Assembly: GCA_030390025.1 (NCBI GenBank)
Contig: CM059425.1
Coordinates: forward strand, 172,610,001 to 172,674,000
Origin: Squalus acanthias
Taxonomy: Eukaryota
Direction of reading: 5' to 3'
Length of the DNA: 64,000 nucleotides
Part shown: one piece after another, positions 26,898-39,944 of the stretch
How the letters are laid out: the number at the start of each line of letters is the position of its first letter
Position numbering within the stretch: the first letter of the stretch is position 1
Notes under the pieces: generated by a model
The model's database searches: none
Seen by the model: the letters and a program-made list of their open reading frames with translations, nothing else
Told to the model about the DNA's origin: nothing
Program-made: the position numbers and the translations under genes

Positions 26898-27187
26898 CCC
26901 CTCTAACTCCTTCATTATCCAAGGAAGCTGTGTTTTGGGATCTTATTTAAGGTGGCATGGAAATCTGTATCTGGCCAATTGCACTGCAGTAGGGTATAGT
27001 CCAGTTTAGTGATGTTTATATTGTGAATTAAATTGACACTTTTATATTAAAATAGCACTTAAATTCTGAACTTGAGATTGAAGTCTAAACTTCCAGAAAA
27101 TTTGAAAAAAATCAGCTCAATATTACATGGAAATGTTGGAAAGTTAGGGTGCATTTACACACCAACCATAGTATCACAGTTAGATGG

Positions 27188-27402
27188 TGACGTAATAAAG
27201 ACTCACTACGCACTTGAACATAAAGCAAGGCTTTAATCAACTTGTAACAAAACATGGAGGTCTAGTTAGCAGTCACTAGCTTCCTGTTTCCAGATTGTCT
27301 CTGCCCAAGGTGGGCCCATGCCTGAGTATTTATACTCCCTGGACGGCGCCCCAGCTGGCCGCCCAGTAGTACTTCCTGAGTTGTTACTTGCGATTTATGA
27401 CA
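27188..27402 (-). mobile_element. Solo LTR (215 bp)
   Basis: TG...CA ends with imperfect IR (TGACGTAA/TTATGACA); 5-bp TSD GATGG (27183-27187, 27403-27407); minus-strand TATAAATA (~27330) upstream of ATTAAA (~27235). Confidence 0.8.
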
Positions 27403-29960
27403 GATGGTTTATACTTTGCTGTGATACCGAGGTTGGCGTGTTAGCAGGGATTGACCCAAGTGGTGCCTCAACAAATCACACTAGAGCTGCTGAAGTGATA
27501 CGATTTTCTGCTGGGGGTTTACCAGACTGTAAACATACACAGAACTTTGCCAGCAAGCAAATTTGATGTTGCTCATAGGGATAACGTCAACACAAAAATA
27601 TTATTTTCCCCTTTCCTTTTTTATTTTACCGACCCAATATCTAGGTGAACTAAATTGAGACCCATGAAGATTGTTATATCGACAAAGTATTATGCTAGAT
27701 ATTCTACTCGGGTTCAGTGTCTTCAACCACTCCCATAAGTAGACCTCACATCCCTTATGATCTGGACTATGTAGGGATGGCAGTGCAGGTGGTGTGCCGC
27801 AACTGCAGCATGTGGGAGTTTGTGGAGAGCATTGTGATCCCGAGCAACCACGTTTGCAGCAAGTGCCTGCATCTTGAGGATCTTCAGCTCAGAGTATTTG
27901 ATCTGGAGTCTGAGGTGCAGACATTGCGGGGCATCAGGGATGGGGAGAGTTACCTGGACACTTTGATCCAGGAGGCAGTCACACTCTTTAGGTTAGGTAG
28001 TGGTACAGGTCTGATTAGTGTTCAGGGACAGGAGGGTGTGACTGCAGCTCAGGCAGGTAAGGGGACCCCAGGTGCAGTGCTGGAGAAGCCTCAGCCTTTG
28101 CCCTTGTCCAACAGGTATGAGGTTCTTGCTGCCTGTGTGGATGAGCAAGCTGACCATGGCACCATGGTATAGGAGGCCATTCAAGTGGGGGAGTGAAAGG
28201 GAATGTAGTTGTGGTACGGGACAGTATAGTCAGGGGGATAGATATTGTTCTCTGCAGCCGCGACCGAGAGTTCCGAAGGTTGTGTTGCCTGCCCGATGCC
28301 AGGGTTAAAGACATCTCCTCGCGGCTGGAGAAGTGGGAGGATCCAGTTGTCGAGGTCCACGTAGGAACTAACGACATAGGTAGAACTAGGAATGTGGTTC
28401 TGCTGAGGGAGGTTCTGCTGAGGGAGTTTGAGGAGGTAGGATCCAAATTAAAAAGCAGAATCTCAAAGGTAATAATCTCTGGATTGTTACCTGAGCCACG
28501 CGCAAATTGGCATCAGGACAAACAGATTAGAGGTTTAAATGCGTGGCTCAAAGAGTGGTGTGGGAGGAAGGGGTTTCAGTTCATGGGGCACTGGCACCAG
28601 TACTGGGGAAAGAGGGAGCTGTTCCGTTGGAATGGGCTCCACTTAAACCGAGCTGGGACCAGTGTCCTGGCGAACTGAATAACTAGGGCAGTAGACAGGG
28701 CTTTAAACTAATGAAGTTGGGGGTGGGAGGATTCAGGAAAGAGTAAATTTAAAAGCAGCGAGAGAAATGTCAAGGCTCTAGAGCAGAGTAGTTTTGAGTA
28801 AAAATAAGCAGAGTGGGTCAGGAAGGGACAGAGAGAGTAACAAAGGTAATAAGGCATCAGTGACTAAGGTGACATCAGGGAAAAATAGAAATAAGTCAAA
28901 GCTGAAGGCACTATATCTGAATGCGCGAAGCATTTGCAACAAAATAGATAAATTAATAGCGCAGATAGAAATTCACAGGTTTGATCTAATAGCCATAACG
29001 AAGATGTGCTTGCAAAGTGGCCAAGGTTGGGAACTAAATATTCCAGGATACTTGACTTTCAGAACAGATAGGCAAAATGGAAAAGGAGGAGGGGTAGCCC
29101 TGATAATAATGGATGGGATGAAGACAGTAGAGAGAAAGGATCTTGGCTCCAAAAATCAAGAAGTAGAATCAATTTGGGTAATACAGTAATCATGGGGGAC
29201 TTTAATCTACATATAGATTGGGCAAACCAAATTTGCAGTAATAGTGTGGAGGGCGAATTCATGGAATGTATGCAAGATAGTTTTCTAGATCAGTATGTTG
29301 AGGAACCAACTCGGGAACAGGCTATTTTAGATCTAGTATTGTGCAATGAGAAAGGGTTAATTAATAATCTTTTAATAAAGGGGCCTTTAGGGAAGAGTGA
29401 CCATAATATGATAGAATTTTATATTGAGTTTGAAAGTGACTTAGTTAAATTCGAAACTAGGGTCTTTAATCTAAACAAAGCAAACTAGATAGGTATGAGG
29501 GGCGAGTTGGCTAAGGTAGATTGGGAAACTGCATTAAAAGGTATGACGGTCGAGAAGCAATGGCTAGCATTTAAAGAATTAATACATAATTTACAACAAA
29601 TATACATTCCTTTAAGGCACAAAAACCCCATAGGCAAAGTGGTCCAACCATGGCTAACAAGAGAAGTTAAAGATAGTATTATATCAAAGGAAGAGGCTTA
29701 TAATTTTGCCAGAAAGAGCAGTAAGCCTGAGGATTGAGAGGATTTTAGAATTCCGCAAAGGAGGACCAAGAAACTGATAAAGAAAGGGAAAATAGAATAT
29801 GCAAGTAAACTAGTGAGACACATAAAAAGACTGTAAAAGCTTCTATAGGTATGTAAAAAGGAAAAGATTAGCAAAAGTAAATGCGGGTCCCTTACAGGCG
29901 GAGACAGGAGGAATTATAATGGGGAATAAGGAAATGGCAGAGAAATTAAACAAATACTTT

Positions 29961-30820
29961 GGCCGGAATTTTGCCGGTCCTCAGAGTGCGGGATTGGAGG
30001 CGGGACCGCTGTCAAAATCGCAGAGATTGACAGTGGGTAGGAAACCTGCTGTCAACCCGCCTCCAATCAATCTTCCCAAGTGTTGGCTCCCCGATTTGCG
30101 CATGGACCCGACACCGAGCAACGGGAAGAGGATTATAGCCACTTACCTGGCTGTTAACAGGTACTTGATACTTGTTAACAGGTTCTTTTACAATTTTGCC
30201 GCTTCCGCCTCGGGTTCCCCGACGTCTGGACACCACGCCAGGTAAGTGTGGCATGTTGTGAGTCTGCTGTAATGTTTCTGCATTGATGACCGCTGCAGAA
30301 GTGGTGTGAAGGATCCAATGGTACACTGGTGAGTTTCAGAGGTAAGAAAATGTTGGGAAAATCATTTTTAATGCATTTACACTTTTCTGTAGGTAACAAG
30401 TTTTGAATTGGCTGTCGAGTGCCACCTCATTGGGAGAACCTCTCTCACCAGTGACAGATCGCTTCTGTAACCTTACCTGCAGCTGCCATCTGTTCTAGCC
30501 TATGGAGGGAGTCATTGGAGAGTCTGGGTGCGTGAGCTCACCTTTGTACAGTGATTGTCAGTGTTTGCATCACCTGAATGCTGTCAAACACTGAGAAATG
30601 AGCTGTCAAAGAAAAATTGTGTGTGGTCCCTTTAAGAAAACCAGCAGATGATGAGTCATCAAATGATGTCATCTGACCGGCTTCCTCTGAATTGGGCGGG
30701 CTTAACAAGGCCAATCGACGTAAAGTCACGTCCGTGGGCCGGATGCAGTTGGGGGCGGGACTGAAACCCGGAAACCAGCTGACCCGCTCCCAAGCCGCAT
30801 CCATTTGCAAAATCGCAGCC
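29961..30820. mobile_element. Non-autonomous TIR element (Harbinger-type MITE, 860 bp)
   Basis: TIRs GGCCGGAATTTTGC / GCAAAATCGCAGCC; 3-bp TSD TTT (29958-29960, 30821-30823); splits KYF|VSVF of CR1 ORF2. Confidence 0.88.
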
Positions 30821-32290
30821 TTTGTGTCTGTCTTCATCGAAGAAGATGCAAAAAACTTCCCGGAAATAGTGGAGAACCAAGGGTCTAGTGAGAATGAGGA
30901 ACTGAAAGAAATTAGTAAAAAAAAAAAATAGTACTGGAGAAATTAATGGGACTGAAAGCCGTTAAATCCCCTGGACCTGATGGCCTACATCCTAGGGTTT
31001 TGACAGAGGTGGCTATAGAGATAGTGGATGCATTGGTTATCATTTTCCAAAATTCCATAGATTCTAGAATGGTTCCCGCAGATTGGAAGGTAGCAAATGT
31101 AACCTCACTATTTAAGAAAGGAGGGAAGAGAGAAAACAGGGAACTACAGACCAGCGAGCCTGACATCAATAGTAGGGAAAATGCTAGAATGTATTGTTAG
31201 GGACGTGGTGACAGGGCACTTAGAAAATAATAATAGGATTGGGCAGATTCAACACTGATTTATGAAAGGGAAATCATGCTTGACAAATCTGTTAGAATTT
31301 TTTGAGGATGTAACTAGCAGAATAGATAAAGGGAAACCCGTGGATGTGGTGTATTTGGATTTTGAGAAGACATTCGATAAGGTGCCACACAAGAGGTTAT
31401 TAAACAAAATTAGGGCTCATGGCATTGGGGGTAATATACTAGCATGGATTGAGGATTGGTTAACGGACAGAAAACGGTATTTATCAGCTTTCAGTCCCAT
31501 TAAACGGGATCAGTGCTTGGGCCTCAGCTATTCACAATCTACATCAATGATTTGGATGAGGGGACCAAATGTAATATATCCAAGTTTGCTGATGTTACAA
31601 AGCTGGGTGGGAATGTAAGTTGTGAGGAGGATGCAAAGAGGCTTCAAGGGGATATAGACAGGCTAAGTGAGTGAACAAGAACATGGCAAATGGAATATAA
31701 TGTGGAGAAATGTGAAGTTACCACTTTGATAGGAAAAATAGAAAAGCAGAGTATTTTTTAAATGGTGAGAGATTGGGAAATGTTGGTGTTCAGAGGGATC
31801 TGGGTGTCCTTGTACATAAATCACTGAAAGTTAACATGCAGGTACAGCAAGCAATTAGGAAAGCAAATAGTATGTTGGCCTTTATTACAAGAGTATTTGA
31901 GTATAAGCGTAAAGATGTCTTGCTGCAATTATATAGGGCCCTGGTGAGACCACACCTGGAGTATTGTGTACAGTTTTGATCTCCTTATCCAAGAAAGGAT
32001 ATACTTGCCATAGAGGGAGTGCAATGAAGCTTCACCAGACTGGCTTCCTGGGATGGGGGGATTGTCCTATGAGGAGAGATTGAGTAGACTAGGCCTATAT
32101 TCTCTAGAGTTTTGAAGAATGAGAGGTGATCTGATTGAAACATACAAAATTCTTACAGGGGTTGACAGGGTAGATGCAGGGAGGATGTTTCCCCTGGCTT
32201 GGGAGTCTAGAACCAGGGGTCACAGTCTCAGAATAAGGGGTCAGCCATTTAGGACTGGTGAGGAGAAATGTCTTCACTCAGAGGGTGGTT

Positions 32291-33281
32291 ATGGTGATTG
32301 AAGGTCAATCATCACAGCCCCAGGACTTTGCTGCAGGAGTTGCTCAGGGCAGTATCCTAGGCCCAACCATCTTCAGCTGTTTCATCAATGACCTTCCCAA
32401 CATGAGGTCAGAAATGGGGATGTTCGCTGATGACTGCAGTGTTCAGCGCCATTCACAACTCCTCAGATAATGAAGCAGTCCATGCCCACATGCAACAAGA
32501 GCTGGACGACATTCGCGCCACAGAAGTGCCAGGCAATGACTATATCGAACAAGCAAGAGTCTAACCTCCGCCTCATGACATTCAACGGCATTACAATTGC
32601 CGAATCCCCCACCATCAACATCCTGGGGGTCACCATTGACCAGAAACTTAACTGGTCCAGCCACATAAATACAGTGGCAACAAGAGCAGGTCAGAGGCTG
32701 GGTATTCTGCGGCGAGTGTCTCTCCTCCTGACCCCCCAAAGCCTTTCCACCATCTACAAGGCACAAGTAAGGAGTGTAATGGAATACTCTCCACTTGCCT
32801 GGATGAGTGCAGCTCCAACAACACTCAAGAAGCTCGACACCATCCAGGACAAAGCAGCCCGCTTGATTGGCACCCCATCCACCACCTTAAACATTCACTC
32901 CCTCCATCACTGGCGTACCGTGGCTGCAGTGTGTACCGTCTACAAGATGCACTGCAGCAACTCGCCAAGGCTTCTTCGGCAGCACCTCCCAAATCAAGAC
33001 CTGTTCCACCTAGAAGGACAAGGGCAGCAGGCGCATGGGAACACCACCACCTCCAAGTTACACACCATCCTGACTTAGAAGTATATCGCCGATCCTTCAT
33101 CATCGCTGGGTCAGAATCCTGGAACTCCCTCCCAAACAGCACTGTGAGAGTAGCTTCACCACACGGACTGCAGCGGTTCAAGGCAGCGGCTCACCACCAC
33201 CTTCTCAAGTGCTATTAGGGATGGGCAATAAATGCTGGCTTTGCCAGTGACGCCCACATCCCATAAACGAATAAAAAAAAT
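32291..33281 (+). mobile_element. 5'-truncated divergent CR1-group LINE nested in CR1-A copy 2
   Basis: GVAQGSILGP, FADDC, YKAQVRSVMEYSPLAW, AATAAA-A tail. Confidence 0.9.
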
Positions 33282-33490
33282 AATTTTCTACCCCAGAGGG
33301 CTGTGGAGGCTCAGTCGTTGAGTATATTCAAGACAGAGATCGATTTTTTGAATATTAAGGGAATGAAGGATATGGAGATAGTTCAGGAAAGTGGAGATGA
33401 GGTAGAAGATCAGCCATGATCTTACTGAATGGCGGAGCAGGCACGAAGGGCCAAATGGCCTATTCCTGCTCCTATATCTTATGTTCTTAT

Positions 33491-34046
33491 GTATGGTGCC
33501 TCCCTGGTGCCAGGGTCAAGTATGTTACTGAGCGGCTGCAGAACCTTCGGAGGGGGGAGGGTGAACAGCCAGAGGTCGTGGTCCACATCGGTACCAATGC
33601 CATAGGTAGAAAGAGGGATGTGGTCCTGCAGGCAGATTTTAGGGAGTTAGGAAAGAGATTAAAAAGCAGGACCTTAAAAAGGTAGTAATCTCTGGCCATG
33701 AGCTAGTGAGTATAGAAATAAGAAGATAGAGCAGATTAGATTGGAAAGATGGTTCAGGAGGGTGGGCTTCAGATTCCTGGGACATTGGGACCGGTTCTGG
33801 GGGAGGTTGGATCTGTATAGGCTGGACGGGTTGTACCTCAACAGGGCCAGAAGCAATGTCCTCGCAGTGGTTGCTAGTGCAGAGATCAATAGATTTTTGA
33901 ATATTAAGCGAATCAAGGGATATGGGGATAGTGCAGGAAAGTGGAGATGAGGAAGATGATCAGCCATGATTTTATTGAATGGCGGAGCAGGGTCGAAGGG
34001 CCAAATGGCCTACTCCTGCTCCCATTTCCTATGTTCTTATGTTATG
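33491..34046 (+). mobile_element. CR1-B ORF1 fragment (33491-33880) followed by a second CR1-A 3' tail (33881-34046)
   Basis: Matches 10637-11045, then matches ~10477-10636. Confidence 0.85.
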
Positions 34047-34196
34047 TCATTGTCTGCCCAAAATCTAGGTAAACAATAGTGAGACCCGGGGTCAAACAGA
34101 GAACCTTTCCCACTGTACAGCAGCTTACTGGAATGTATCACATATTACCATGTGACTCTCAGTCTTCAGAATGTTGATGCATGTACACTCTATCAG

Positions 34197-34430
34197 ACCA
34201 AGGTACAGGCTATAAACCAGCAGATAATTTATTTAAATAAAACTGGCAAATGAACAGTAATAAGTACAAAACAGCAAAACAGTGTATTAAACTTTGGGCC
34301 ACTTCACAACAAAACCAAGGCACAGGCTATAAACCAGCAGATAATTTATTTAAATAAAACTGGCAAATGAACAGTAATAAGTACAAAACAGTAAAACAGT
34401 GTATTAAACTTTGGGCCACTTCACAACAAA
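34197..34430 (+). repeat. 2 x 117-bp tandem duplication
   Basis: 34197-34313 and 34314-34430 differ at about 2 positions. Confidence 0.92.
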
Positions 34431-36444
34431 AACAAGAAAGATGCTTTTCCATAGCAATCTTTCAACATAACTCTGAAAATGGTAACTCAGTTTTTTCATA
34501 TCTCAGTGTAACCAAATAGTCAAACTAGGCCAGACCTTTCTGCTGGCTAAAGTCTCTAAACTGACTTCTCAGATAAACTCACGCACAGAACTAACATTCC
34601 AAATTCTTTGAATGTGTACTGAGACAAGGCCCATTCGCAAAAACTAGTTTGAAATATCTGGTGATAGCTGGAATTTAAGACTTTTGCTATCAAGTCAACA
34701 AAGATACATAAAACAGATATATCCAAATGTCTCTGCATTCAATTGATATTAGCATATTAAAACCACCCTTTGCTTCAACAGGAACCAGTCACTGATTCAC
34801 TAAGACATTAAAAAAATTCAGAGTGAATATTGACTGTGTCAGCCAATGAGCTGGAGATGGGGCAGGACTTGGAGTTTTAATTTACACACAAACTACAGCA
34901 AACAGAGTCTATTTACTCAGCAAAGACTCCGAACACATGACCGAAAGAGTACACAGCACGATTAGTTCTCCAGCAAAATGCTGTGAGTGGAGGATAGTTA
35001 CATAATACAAATTATGTGAGTAAAATCAATCCCAGTTACTTACAGCAGTGCAGTCTCCAGGCGTGATTGAGCCAATCATCTCCATTCTGGCCAGGACTTG
35101 TGGTGTCACTAAATGCAGCCAAAAAAATTTGCCATTGACGCCTGTTCAGGCAACCTGTCTGAGTTCCACGCTGAATGTGTATTGAACAGACTAATCATTA
35201 TCTATGTGAATATAGGTAATTAATCCCTCGTGCTGTTAATACTAATTCTAAAAAGAAATATAAATTAGTAACTGACAGACAGGATTTCCAGTTGATGTGT
35301 TATCGTTTGTCTCCTACTCCTGTGAAACTATAATACCTAGAGTGTACTGTGACAGCCAGGCAGAAAATTTACAAACAAACGAATGGTTGGAAAATAAGGC
35401 ATACATTAAAATAAAAAAGATTTCCTTTTCCAACATTTTGTACCACTCAAGCCAATAAATTACAATTCTGAGCTACTGGTGTTGTTTATGATGGGTTTTT
35501 CTGTGTCACTCTTGGGTACTGGTGTTTGATTTGAGGCCAGAGGGGAATGTTTTTGAGGTGCATTGATGTTGTGGCCAGAATCAGGCAAGCAGGCTCAGAC
35601 CATGGCAAATGAGTGCCTGTTCAGGTGCTGGTCTTTGGAAATTCAATGGTGTTACAACAATAGCAACTTTACTACAAATTAATGTTTATAAACATGAAAT
35701 TAAATGAAAGAGAAGGAAAGTTGTGAGGATGAAGGAAGGAAGAATAAACAAATAAAACACTTGCATCTTAAGCAAATATAGCAAATCCACTGTAGAAGGT
35801 CGAGCAAAAATGCACGATATAAATGAAAGTTGTTGCTGTATCAATTTATGGCATCAAATTAAACCTTCATTGTTATATTGCCTCCCGGTTATTCCACTAC
35901 ATACAATGGAAACATTATAGTGTTAATGATGTCACAACAACCTACTCTGATGTCATATAAACTTTGTCATGACATCATGAAACTGCTTTAAATCCACATC
36001 ACAGCTGAGATTAGGTCACATGACTTCACAATGACATCCACAGCAACCCAGAGGCTTTGATATAAAAGCAAATGCTGACAGAGAGAAGACACAAGTTGAG
36101 CATTTGTTACTGTTAGAGAACGCAAGGAGAAAGTTGATATTTAAAAAAAAAATCAAAATCTGGATTGAAAATTCTGTGCAAAAAACCCCTATTAACCGTG
36201 TAAGAGTGGGAGCAGATTTTCCTTTGCCTGCACCTGGGTATACTCGACCACCTGGACACAGCACATAGGGGAAAATCAAGCAGGAAAGAGCGCACACTTG
36301 AAAGCGAGCTTTCCCAATTTTAAATCTATTAACTTAAAATGGACAATCGGATTGCCTCAAGGAGCTTCTTCCCTAGCCACTTTTCCTGTACGCCGAGTCT
36401 AGTGACAACGACGCAAACAATAGTGGTTTCTAATCCGAGCGCTA

Positions 36445-36580
36445 AGCAGTAACCTGTAACCACTGAACCTGAACTCCTAGCCACGACCATAAACCCAACT
36501 CCTAACCCTAACCTTACACCCTAACCCCAAAACTAGCCCACTCATATCCCTAACCAGAACCATACACCCTAACATTAAAC
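36445..36580. repeat. Degenerate (CCCTAA)n telomere-like tract
   Basis: cctaaccctaacc, ccctaacccc, ccctaacc, ccctaac. Confidence 0.6.
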
Positions 36581-37004
36581 TACATAGTACCAATCGTCAT
36601 TGTGACATCATTAATGATGCTGTTCCTGTATTACTGTACCTAGGTGATCCAATATGACCAGATACAGGAACAGGGAAATTTGACCCGAAAACAGAAAATT
36701 TGATAACAGACGGAGAAGACTAAAGCAGAAATCAATAATTAATAATCAACCATAGGTTTTAAGTGCTAAAAAGTTGGGATATTTCTTCAGATTTAATGGA
36801 AAGAATTGGAATTTACAATAGAACAAAGTTTAGAATACAGTACATGAAACAATAAAACACAAACTATTAAGGGTATGCGTTCCAGAAAGACACAACTCAT
36901 AATTAACTCTACTTCTGTGATGGTTCTCTACCTGCTGCCTGGGGCCCATATCAAACTTAACAAACTGAACTACCCTGGAAAGCAGGACATTGGTTACCTG
37001 AGCT

Positions 37005-37545
37005 CTTTGAGGAGGTGACAGATCTATGCAGTGGATGTGGTGTACATGAACTTTCAGAAACCCTCTGACAAGGTACCACACAAGAGACTATTGGAGAAGA
37101 TTAAAGGGTATGGAATTAGGAGAACGGTAGAAAATTGCGTTAAAAACTGGAGAGAGAAAATAGAAAGAAGGAGTTGAGGGCAGTTTCAGAGTGGTTGCAA
37201 ATAATACTAAAGTAGGAGGCATAGTTAATAATTCTGAGGATCAAAGGGAGCTGCACTATAGGAAGGATGTTGAGGCAACAGAGAAGATACACACCGCTTC
37301 ATTAGAATGCTGCCTGGTATGAGAATATACAAATACAAAAAAAACTTGAATATGTTTTTGTTAGAACAGAGGAAATTGTGGGGTGATTTGATAGAGGCAT
37401 TTAAAATTCTGAAGGGATGGGACAGATGCACTGTTTCCAGTGGCTGAGGGCTTAGAATGATAGAACATAGATATAAGATTAAAATATCAGAGATTTAGGT
37501 CAGAGTGCAGAATTTCTTTTACACAGAGGGTTATGAGGGTATGAA
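37005..37545 (+). mobile_element. Old CR1 RT fragment (3' end continues at ~39770-39955)
   Basis: VDVVYMNFQKPSDKVPHKRLL, GDLIEAFKILKG, NFFYTE. Confidence 0.75.
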
Positions 37546-37546
37546 A

Positions 37547-39650
37547 TGACTCTCTCTCACCCTGGCCGTTCCCCCTGGTACGGTCCTCATCTTCGCTCCC
37601 TTAAGTCCAAGGGACGCAGACTTGAACGGATATGGCGGACAACTGGTTTAGCCATTCACCACCAGATCTGGCTGGACCACATAAAGCATTATTGGATCCT
37701 GCTCTCGTCTGCCAAAACTGTTCACTATTCAGGATCATTCTGGAATGCAAAGATAAACCCTGGCTTCTATTCTCTACTGCTGACCATCTTCTTAAAACCC
37801 TCGCAACTGTCTCCTCCACCCTCACCTCCAACAACATGTGCGAGGAGTTCATGGACTTCTTGTCTCTAAGATTGAGACCATCTGATCAGCTGCCTCTGCC
37901 ACTTCTCTTCCTTCCCTAGCCCACCAGGCCAAACTTCCTCGAAGGTTTCCCCCTGCTGTAGCCCTGAACTCTCATCTTTCTCCAGTTTCTCTCCGATCTC
38001 CACTCATAAACTCTCCGCACTCATCTTGTCCATGAGACCCACTTTCTGTTCCCTCGACCCTATTCCCACTAAACTGCTGACCATCCAACTTCCTGGCTCC
38101 CATGTTAACTGACACTCTTAACAGTTCTCCTCAGGTACTATTCCCCTCTCCTTCAAATCTGTCATCATCACCCCTCTCCTCAAAAACCAACCCTTGACCC
38201 CTCCGTCCCTGCAAACAACTGCCCCATCTCCATTCTCCCTTTCCTCTCTAAAGTCCTAGAATGCCTCCCAAATCCGTGCCCATTCTTCCTGGAACTCCAT
38301 GTTTGAATCCCTCTAATCAGGTTTCCGCCCCTGCCACAGTACCGAAACGGCTATCATCAAAGTCACAAATGACATCCTTTGTGACTGCGACAAAGGTAAA
38401 CTATCCCTCCTCGCCCTTCTTGACCTGTCTGCAGCATTTGACACGGTTGACCACTCCATCCTCCTCTAAAGCCTCTCCACCATCGTCCAGTTGGGTGGGA
38501 CTGCACTTGTATTCTTATATTCTTATCTATCTAATCGTAGCCAGAGAATCACCTGCAATGGGTTCTCTTCCCGCTCCCTCATCGTTACCTCTGGTGTCCC
38601 CCAAGGATCTATCCTTGGCCCCCCACTATTTCTCCTCTACATGCTGCCCCTTGGTGACATCATCTGAAAACACAGCGTCAGTTTCCACATGTACACTGAT
38701 GACACCCAGCTCTACCTCACCACCACTTCTCTCGACCCCTCCATTGTCTCTAAATTGTCAGACTGCTTGTCCGACATCCAGTACTGGATGAGCAGAAATT
38801 TTCTCCAATTAAATATTGGGAAGACCGAAGCCATTGTCTTTGGTCCCTGCCACAAACTCTGTTCCCTAGCCACCAACTCCATCCCTCTCCCTAGCATCTG
38901 TCTGAGGCTGAACGAGACTGTTCGCAACCTTGGTGTCATATTTGACCCTGAAGTGAGCTTCCAACGACATATCCACGGCATAACTAAGACCACCTATTTC
39001 CACCTCCGTAACATTGCCCGTCTCCGCCCCTGCCTCAGCTCATCTGCTGCTGAAACCCTCATCCATGCCTTTGTTACCTCTAGACTTGACTATTCCAACA
39101 CACTCCTGGCTGACCTCCCACATTCTACTCTACGTAAACTTGAGGTCATCCAAAACTCGGCTGCACGTGTCCTAACTCGCACCAAGTCCCATTCACCCAT
39201 CACCCCTGTGCTCGCTGACCTACATTGGCTCCTGGTTAACCAACGTCTCATTTTAAAATTCTCATCCTTGTTTTCAAATCCCTCCATGGTCTCGCCCCTC
39301 CCTATCTCTGTAATCTCCTCCAGCTCCACAACCCCCACAATCCCCGAGATATCTGCGCTCCTGCAATTCTGCCCTCGAGCATCCCTGATTATAATCGCTC
39401 AACTATTGGTGGCCGTGCCTTCAGCTGCCTAGGCCCTAAGCTCTGGAATTCCCTCCCTAAACCTCTCCGCCTCTCTTTCCTCCTTTTAAGATGCTCCATA
39501 AAACCTACCTCTTTGACCAAGCTTTTGGTCATCTGCCCTAATTTCTCCTTATGTGGCTCCATGTCAAATTTTGTTTTAATACTCCTGCGAAGTGCCTTAG
39601 GACGTTTTACTACATTAAAGGCAATATATAAATACAAGTTGTTGTTGTTG
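37547..39650 (+). mobile_element. 5'-truncated L2 LINE
   Basis: [38 protein letters not shown]; (GTT)n tail. Confidence 0.9.
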
Positions 39651-39944
39651 TAGGAGCTACTACCACTCAGCCACCATAACTTAGCCGGAAGTGTAACAAA
39701 AACCCCATTTACACACACAAATAAGTTTTTGACACACTTTGGACAAAGTTACAGTGGCGGAGTGGGAGCAGAGCCTTGAAAATTCCAGACCCATGTCAAC
39801 TTTTAAAAATAGGTTAGATAGATGGTTAGAAGGAGGATAATGGGATATGGAATCAGGGCAGGCACATGGGATTAGGACTTTTCTTGTGGATGATAAACAC
39901 CAACACCAAACTGAATTGAGCCCGTTTCCATGGTGTAATTTCTA

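Larger units (their letters stand above)
27770..33490 (+). mobile_element. CR1 subfamily A copy 2 (ORF1 + ORF2, no 5'UTR), with two nested insertions
   Basis: Colinear with 2110-10636 minus its inserts; ATG 27777; esterase, APE, RT, tail. Confidence 0.9.

Noticed and set aside
27160..27440. mir-101-like hairpin (TATCACAG/CTGTGATA)
   Set aside because: The seed ACAGUAC is absent; resemblance is limited to 8 nt per arm
27629..34087. Similar 35-mers (CCCAA.ATCTAGGT.AAC...TGAGACCC) at ~27629 and ~34055 as a TSD of the composite CR1
   Set aside because: The left copy is ~100 bp from the element end and the match is loose
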